A DNA stretch of 61,900 bases from an uncultured Clostridia bacterium (GTDB lineage: Bacteria > Bacillota > Clostridia > Christensenellales > CAG-314). The notes below the pieces were generated by a model, which was not told the origin of the DNA, did no database searches, and saw nothing but the letters and a program-made list of their open reading frames with translations. The stretch covers positions 1-61,900 of the forward strand of contig CAKQXG010000001.1 in assembly GCA_934281515.1 (NCBI GenBank), read 5' to 3'. This document shows, in pieces, positions 56,554-61,900 of the stretch. Each line of letters starts with the position of its first letter. Position 1 is the stretch's first letter. Both the position numbers and the translations under genes were made by a program.

Positions 56554-57104
56554 TCCGCGCCCTCCTCGCTTGTCTGATCGTCGGCGGCTGCGTCGACGTC
56601 GGCAAAGCTTTGGCTTTGGTCAGCGTTGTCTTCGACTATTTGTGCCGCGACAACATTGTCTTGCTTCAGGTACACCGCCACATTCGCCGCGACGGTTGCC
56701 ACAAGTGACAGCAATATGCACGCCACATAATCCTTGCGCAGCGCGGCAAAACTTGCGGCATTGATACCGCCGTAAAACACGTCGGCAAGGTACATGTAGC
56801 TTGCATTGATAAACAGCAACAGTCCCACAAAATTGCACGCGGCAAGCACCACAGAGGCGTAGGGTGAGCTGTAATGAGACAGCGAAGCCACCACAAATAC
56901 TGCCACGCCGACAATAGCCAACGCCACGGCAAGCGGATCGTAGTACGCCGTACTGCCGTAACTAGCCTTGTACAGCGCGGCTTGAACCACGGTCAGTACT
57001 GCCGAAGCCAACCCCACGTAAAAACCCGCACGCTTGTGCGTAACGGTGTTTTTAACTTCCTGTCCGATGTTGCTCAAAACATCGTTTTTTACTTGAGAAG
57101 CCAT
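56550..57104 (-). CDS. small 4-TM membrane protein with an acidic C-terminal tail, partner of the GH3 enzyme
   Basis: ORF track. Its stop overlaps the GH3 start (ATGA). It has hydrophobic segments and the tail DNADQSQSFADVDAAADDQTSEEGAE. Confidence 0.7.
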   Translation of the reverse strand: MASQVKNDVLSNIGQEVKNTVTHKRAGFYVGLASAVLTVVQAALYKASYGSTAYYDPLAVALAIVGVAVFVVASLSHYSSPYASVVLAACNFVGLLLFINASYMYLADVFYGGINAASFAALRKDYVACILLSLVATVAANVAVYLKQDNVVAAQIVEDNADQSQSFADVDAAADDQTSEEGAE

Positions 57105-57180
57105 AATTTCAGTTACTCCTTGTTTGTATTTTAAGTCGTTTGGACTAAAAATTCATCTTGTTGTACATTCGGTTGCACGT

Positions 57181-59199
57181 CTAGAAACCAAGTGTTTTCA
57201 AAAAGCTTGTTGCATGCGCCACCCACACGCTTGCATCGGCGCATTGCCATGCCGTGCCCAGTCCGTGATTGGTCAAGCCGCCGTCGCTAAACACGTCCGA
57301 CACGTTGTTTACGCCCTTGGCGGTAAGTGCATCGGCAAAGCCATTGGTGTTGATACTGCCGACGGTTTTGTCGCCGTAGTGGCACCACAAGTAACAGGGC
57401 GCAGTGTCGGCGGTTACGTTGGCAACGGAATTGTACTCTGTAAGTATGTCGCTGTTGCCGCCGCCAAATACCGAAGCCGTACCCTTGTGCGACGTATTGC
57501 CTGTCAGGTTGGTTACGGCATAGCACAGCACGCCTGCATTTACCTTGGCAGAAACGCCGTCAACGCTGTCGGCTTTGTAGTTGGGGTTGCCCACTGTAAA
57601 ACCGCCCTTGGTAAGCAATACCGACGCGAGATGTCCGCCTGCCGAGTAGCCTTGCACAGCGATTTTGTCGGGGTTGACGCCCCACTTTGCCGCATTGGCA
57701 CGCACAAGTTTTACCGCACGTGTGCCGTCGGCAAGTATCTGGCGGTAGTCGACAGCACTGTCAACCGCCGTTGTACGGTAGTTTACTACAAATACCGATA
57801 TGCCTGCCGCATTGTAAAGCGGAGCAATTGCACCGGACTCCTTTTGATCGCCGTCGTTGTCCGCACCGCCCTTGTCGGTCGCGTTGCTGAGGTGATTGTA
57901 ACCGCCGCCGGGGAACACCACCACCGCGCCACCCGTAGGATTTGCGGCAATGTAGGGCGTTACAAAGCAGTAGTCGTGGCAATCGTTATCGTCGTCGTAC
58001 GGAACGTTGTCATTGTCGTACAGGTACATTTTGTCCTGTCCGCTCGCCGTCACGACGTTGTTTTCCACAAGGTTGGCAATCACGTTGTCAATCGTTTGTT
58101 GGCTTACGCCTATCTTCAAAAACAAGTCGTTTGCACGTTGTTGCAAGGTGTCGCCGTCGTAGTCGTTCAAACCGAAGTAGGTGTTGTACTTGTTGGACGG
58201 AGACTTGGTGTCGCCGATGTTGCCGAAGTTGCTGAACAGGTAGTCGACAAGCAGGTCGTGAGCGTTCATGCCGCACAGTGCGCCGATAAGGTAACTGACC
58301 ATGCCCGTGCGGTCGGTGCCGATGTTGCAGTGATACACAAGAGGCAGGTTGCTTTTGTCGGCAATCAGTTCCATCAGTTGTTTGAGTTCTTCCTTGCCGT
58401 CGTCAAGCATGTCCGAACCGCCGCTGAAAGGCAACGCCACGTAGTTTACGCCTTCCACTACGCTTGCAAGCTCTGTGCCCTCGGGGTAACCGTTGCGGTT
58501 GTCCAGGCGGAAGTCGACTTCCGCCTTGACTCCGAGTTGTTCGGTTACAACGCTTTTGCCATTGGCTGTAATCTCGGGCATGACTTGGTCGGGTTCGACA
58601 TACTTCACTTCTTTGCCGTTTTCGTCAAGTTTGTAGCTGGCATTCCAACGCGCACTGCGGTACAACACGCCTTGCTTGATACGTTGTCCGCTTGCCGTAA
58701 TCCAACCGCCGACATCGCGGAAGTTGGTAACGCCGTCCACATACAGGTTGCGCGGACCGTTTGCGGCTGTGGCAAACGTACCGATATCCGAAGTCACTCC
58801 GCCGGCAGTAACACGCCAGTAGTAGGTTGTGGCAATCTTCAAGTTGTATACTTGTACTGTTGTTTGTGTCACGTTAAAGGTGCGCTTTGTTGCAAAATCA
58901 TTGGTCTCGGACAACTCGACAGTGTAGTTGTCGCAAGCCTTACTTACCGTCCATTTCAACTCCACGGCGTTGGGGCGAGATAACTCGGTATGCCCGTTGA
59001 CTTCGTCCAACTCTTCGTTGGGAACGTAGTTGCTGCCGAACACCGATGCGAGATACAGAGTTTGCAAGTCGGCGTGGAAATCCACGGGGTCGGAATACGT
59101 GGCAAGGGTGATTGTAACATTGCCGTTACAAGCGAACAAACCGAGCAGGCATGAAAAGCAAAGTACAGAAACAATCAGGATGGAAATTTTTTTGTTCAT
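57181..59199 (-). CDS. lipoprotein fusing a tyrosine-phosphatase-like domain (CX5R) to a C-terminal alpha/beta-hydrolase (esterase) domain
   Basis: Lipobox LFAC. VYHCNIGTDRTG is a Y_phosphatase3-like P-loop. VQGYSAGGH is a GxSxG nucleophile elbow. SD is GGAGA. Confidence 0.65.
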   Translation of the reverse strand: MNKKISILIVSVLCFSCLLGLFACNGNVTITLATYSDPVDFHADLQTLYLASVFGSNYVPNEELDEVNGHTELSRPNAVELKWTVSKACDNYTVELSETNDFATKRTFNVTQTTVQVYNLKIATTYYWRVTAGGVTSDIGTFATAANGPRNLYVDGVTNFRDVGGWITASGQRIKQGVLYRSARWNASYKLDENGKEVKYVEPDQVMPEITANGKSVVTEQLGVKAEVDFRLDNRNGYPEGTELASVVEGVNYVALPFSGGSDMLDDGKEELKQLMELIADKSNLPLVYHCNIGTDRTGMVSYLIGALCGMNAHDLLVDYLFSNFGNIGDTKSPSNKYNTYFGLNDYDGDTLQQRANDLFLKIGVSQQTIDNVIANLVENNVVTASGQDKMYLYDNDNVPYDDDNDCHDYCFVTPYIAANPTGGAVVVFPGGGYNHLSNATDKGGADNDGDQKESGAIAPLYNAAGISVFVVNYRTTAVDSAVDYRQILADGTRAVKLVRANAAKWGVNPDKIAVQGYSAGGHLASVLLTKGGFTVGNPNYKADSVDGVSAKVNAGVLCYAVTNLTGNTSHKGTASVFGGGNSDILTEYNSVANVTADTAPCYLWCHYGDKTVGSINTNGFADALTAKGVNNVSDVFSDGGLTNHGLGTAWQCADASVWVAHATSFLKTLGF

Positions 59200-59272
59200 A
59201 TTGGTCTCCGTTAGGTTATTTTCTGTTAGGTTAAGTTTGTTAGGTTATTTTTGTTAGTTAAGTGTCAGTCGC

Positions 59273-59393
59273 CAAGGTGTCACCAAGCGAAAAACGCACT
59301 GATGGCTCCCTCCGGTCGGAGCAAAGAAGTCGACTAAAACGAAATTTCCCAGCCGTGCCCTCCCTCCGAGGTTTTCTTTTTGGTGACACCTTG
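59273..59393 (-). other. structured non-coding element B: the 121-nt core version of element A
   Basis: A perfect 14-bp stem pairs 59273-59286 with 59380-59393. It encloses blocks conserved with element A: gaaatttcccagccgYgccctccYtccgaggttttct, gtcggagcaa, and cgaaaaacgcNcYgat. Confidence 0.5.
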
Positions 59394-59930
59394 CCAACCG
59401 CCACAAAAATCGTGCGACTAGTTCAACAAAAGGTTCACACGAAAAGCGACAGTAGCTAATAAGGGGTAACTAAGTATCAACAACTTTCTCCAACATTTTA
59501 TTAAACGCCCACCGTGCACACAAAAGCGGTGAGCACTCCACTGCCCCGACCGCCCACCCCAATTTGATATAACGTAGCAGAGCAACGGCAACAAGTTCTT
59601 TACAGTGGCAAAATTTAGTTGCGTACAAGTAGATGTCAGCTTAATCGCTTTCTCATTCGGGGCAACCTGACGTTGACGACTAGTTGTGGCGGCTCACTCT
59701 ACTTGCCCCACCGGCGAGGTGCGGATGGGGGGGGGCAGGAGCGCACAAAGACGGCGCGGCAATGTTCAACGAATTTTGTACGGAAATGGGAACGTTACTT
59801 GCATTTCCGTACAGAATCCGTTGCGGATTCCGTAACAAAATTCGACATACGTATCAAAGTTTTGTTTACAAAAGTGTTTTGCCGCTTCGGTACCGTTACG
59901 CACCGAAGCGACAAAAGAATTTGTTTGTAA

Positions 59931-61900
59931 TTAGGATTTCTTCAAAGAAGAAGGGATTTTTTCTTCAATATCAGTCGGAATTACGCCATCGACAACTCTT
60001 TTCATAACGACAGCAGTATTGCCTTTCGTTTTGAATTGGAACAACGTATCGTTTCCTTTATCCTTTTGGTCAGTACCATATGCAAAACTCAACTGTGTTC
60101 CGTTGTCTACGATTTCGGCAAAGAAACCGGTTTCAACCCGTGCAAATCCCTTTGCACCTGTATTGTAAAATACACTTGTTGTCGACTTGTCTGTGCATAT
60201 CATATTTGCACTTGCCGCAGGATCTGCAAAATTTACTTTGCCGTCCACAATGCTGTATGTTCCCGCATAAACAATGTAGTTATTCGCTTCTTTCCAATTC
60301 TTTGTTGTAAAACGATTTGTCGCAATATACGTTCCGCCTGTAGTTAAATCACCATACAACTCTATAACCGACCAAGTATAATGACATTTGGTGTCGTCTG
60401 ATGAGCTTGTTGATTTTATTGCATACGTAACATACACATAATCCGCAGTAGAAGTCTTTGCAATGTCCCAAGGTTCCACAAAGCTTACAATCAATTCAAC
60501 CTCTTTGCTAAACTCACCGTAAGTTACAACCAGTGTTACATTTGCAGATAGATAAATACCTGCAATCTGCGCATCATTGTCTTTAATTGCAACCGTATAC
60601 TGACTTTGTTCCAACACGACATCGGCTTGACCACCTGTGTACTTGGCAGAAACAACCATACCGGTAAGATTTATCTTTTCGCCAATACGATATGCCTTCT
60701 TGTATTCACCACTTACTTCGATGTCGTAAACTTTTGCTTCCGCAACTTGAGCAACTGTAAGATCACTAACAATTACTTCTTTTTCACCAAAAGTAATCGT
60801 TACACTTTCCGCACCTGCAGCCAACTTGTCAGTAGGATAAGTTGCATGTTCCGTCACATCGTAGCGTGCGCCGTCGTTGTATACGGCAAACACTTTCATT
60901 TCGCCCTTGTCAAAAATATCGCCTTCGGTGTAATTCTTCTTCGGTTCGCCCTCCACTTGAAGTTCCGTAACATAACGCAATGTTTTGGGGATAACGGACA
61001 GCAATTCCCAACTAAGAGTATGGTCTACAACTGTTTCCATTACAACGGCATAATCCCCTTTATCGTTCTCTTTATAATAATTCTTAATGCCAAGCAATGT
61101 ATCGTTTTCTCCTTGGTAAGCAAAGCTCAAACCGGTAACAGTTTCGCCATTCTTAACCAATGTGCCAACAAACGTACCTTCTTTAGCGAATGCAGTAGTT
61201 GTCGGAGTGTCTGTTACATAACCATTTTCGCCAATTGTAAGCGTTACAATGTTGTCTTTGATTTCGTACGTACCGGTGTGCAAGATATTTTTGTTGTTCA
61301 TAAACACACTTGTTGCACGGAATGTATTGTCGGAAAACAGCTCAATTGCCGTCCATGAATATTGATTGGCTGTTCTCTGTACATATACAGCAAACACATA
61401 CTGTGCCGTGGACTTTTCCGCACGCAGCCAAGGGGCTGTCATTGCAACGGAGATGTCGATGTCGGCAGTCATGCCGCCGTAAGATACGGTCACTTTACTT
61501 GCACCGAATGCCAACGCTTGGTCGCCGTTGACGATCTTCGCATCTGCTGTTACATCGCGGTCGCCGTCGGTGTAGGTTGCCGTTACAACAAGACCTGTCT
61601 TGTCAAACAAATCGCCTTCGGTGTATTCTGTCTTAAACTTGCCGCTTGCTGCAATGCTTTCCAATCTGGCGTCGCCGACGGTGATGGTAACTTCTACCGT
61701 TTTCACTTCGTCATCAAGCGTGTAGCGGACGGTAACGCTTGTCATACCCTTGACAAGGGCTTGGTCGCCGTTGTCAATTGTGTAGTCGGTGATGGGTTGT
61801 TTGCTGCCATCGCTGTAAACAGCCTCGACAACAAGGTTTGTTGCGTCAAACTTCTCGCCTGCGGCGTAGTCCTTTTTGTAATCGCCACTCACTTCGGTTC
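59931..61900 (-). CDS. large surface protein with repeated bacterial Ig-like (Big_3-type) domains; N-terminus lies outside the window
   Basis: The repeating unit is Y.EGD.FD..GL.V.A.Y.DG....VT. The frame stays open to the window edge (codons upstream of the listed GTG read ..TE). Confidence 0.7.
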   Translation of the reverse strand, partial: TEVSGDYKKDYAAGEKFDATNLVVEAVYSDGSKQPITDYTIDNGDQALVKGMTSVTVRYTLDDEVKTVEVTITVGDARLESIAASGKFKTEYTEGDLFDKTGLVVTATYTDGDRDVTADAKIVNGDQALAFGASKVTVSYGGMTADIDISVAMTAPWLRAEKSTAQYVFAVYVQRTANQYSWTAIELFSDNTFRATSVFMNNKNILHTGTYEIKDNIVTLTIGENGYVTDTPTTTAFAKEGTFVGTLVKNGETVTGLSFAYQGENDTLLGIKNYYKENDKGDYAVVMETVVDHTLSWELLSVIPKTLRYVTELQVEGEPKKNYTEGDIFDKGEMKVFAVYNDGARYDVTEHATYPTDKLAAGAESVTITFGEKEVIVSDLTVAQVAEAKVYDIEVSGEYKKAYRIGEKINLTGMVVSAKYTGGQADVVLEQSQYTVAIKDNDAQIAGIYLSANVTLVVTYGEFSKEVELIVSFVEPWDIAKTSTADYVYVTYAIKSTSSSDDTKCHYTWSVIELYGDLTTGGTYIATNRFTTKNWKEANNYIVYAGTYSIVDGKVNFADPAASANMICTDKSTTSVFYNTGAKGFARVETGFFAEIVDNGTQLSFAYGTDQKDKGNDTLFQFKTKGNTAVVMKRVVDGVIPTDIEEKIPSSLKKS

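Overview
This 61.9-kb window is from a spore-forming Firmicute. The gene content is Clostridia-type (spoIIE, spoIIR, sleB-ypeB, spmAB), GC is about 50%, and almost all coding is on the minus strand. Everything below is read from the sequence and the ORF track only; no database or profile search was run.

Content from left to right:
1. A tight five-gene minus-strand operon (1-4413): XRE regulator, YdjI-type SPFH protein, a 354-aa coiled-coil protein, a 194-aa ESCRT-III/PspA-like protein, and a Vps4-like AAA+ ATPase with a MIT-like N-terminal domain that runs off the window edge. This is my top candidate for an undescribed system.
2. thpR.
3. An AT-rich island (about 5.4-8.7 kb) of orphan polymorphic-toxin C-terminal modules with immunity genes. 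They are separated by a repeated 55-185 bp block encoding the end of a Hint domain (...NFEVEDFHTYYV...VLVHN). No full-length parent toxin is present.
4. A stand-alone Spo0A C-terminal-domain protein, a methyltransferase, and tRNA-Ser(CGA). The 3' end of the tRNA is duplicated about 1 kb away.
5. A 710-aa orphan protein with a TerD-like C-terminus.
6. Two glycan-utilisation blocks: GH2, two paralogous domain-permuted and doubly membrane-anchored GH3 enzymes each paired with a small 4-TM protein, GH5, nagA, an SGNH esterase, and uxuA-SDR-eda-kdgK.
7. An AgrC/LytTR-type two-component pair.
8. Housekeeping and sporulation genes: pepF, ispE, metG, tatD-radical SAM-queH, and a CDF transporter.

Two intergenic spacers of about 730 nt inside minus-strand carbohydrate operons share a conserved motif of about 70 nt. 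In each copy the motif is closed by a 14-bp stem whose sequence differs but whose pairing is kept. Family names are motif-based calls and should be confirmed with HMM or structure searches.
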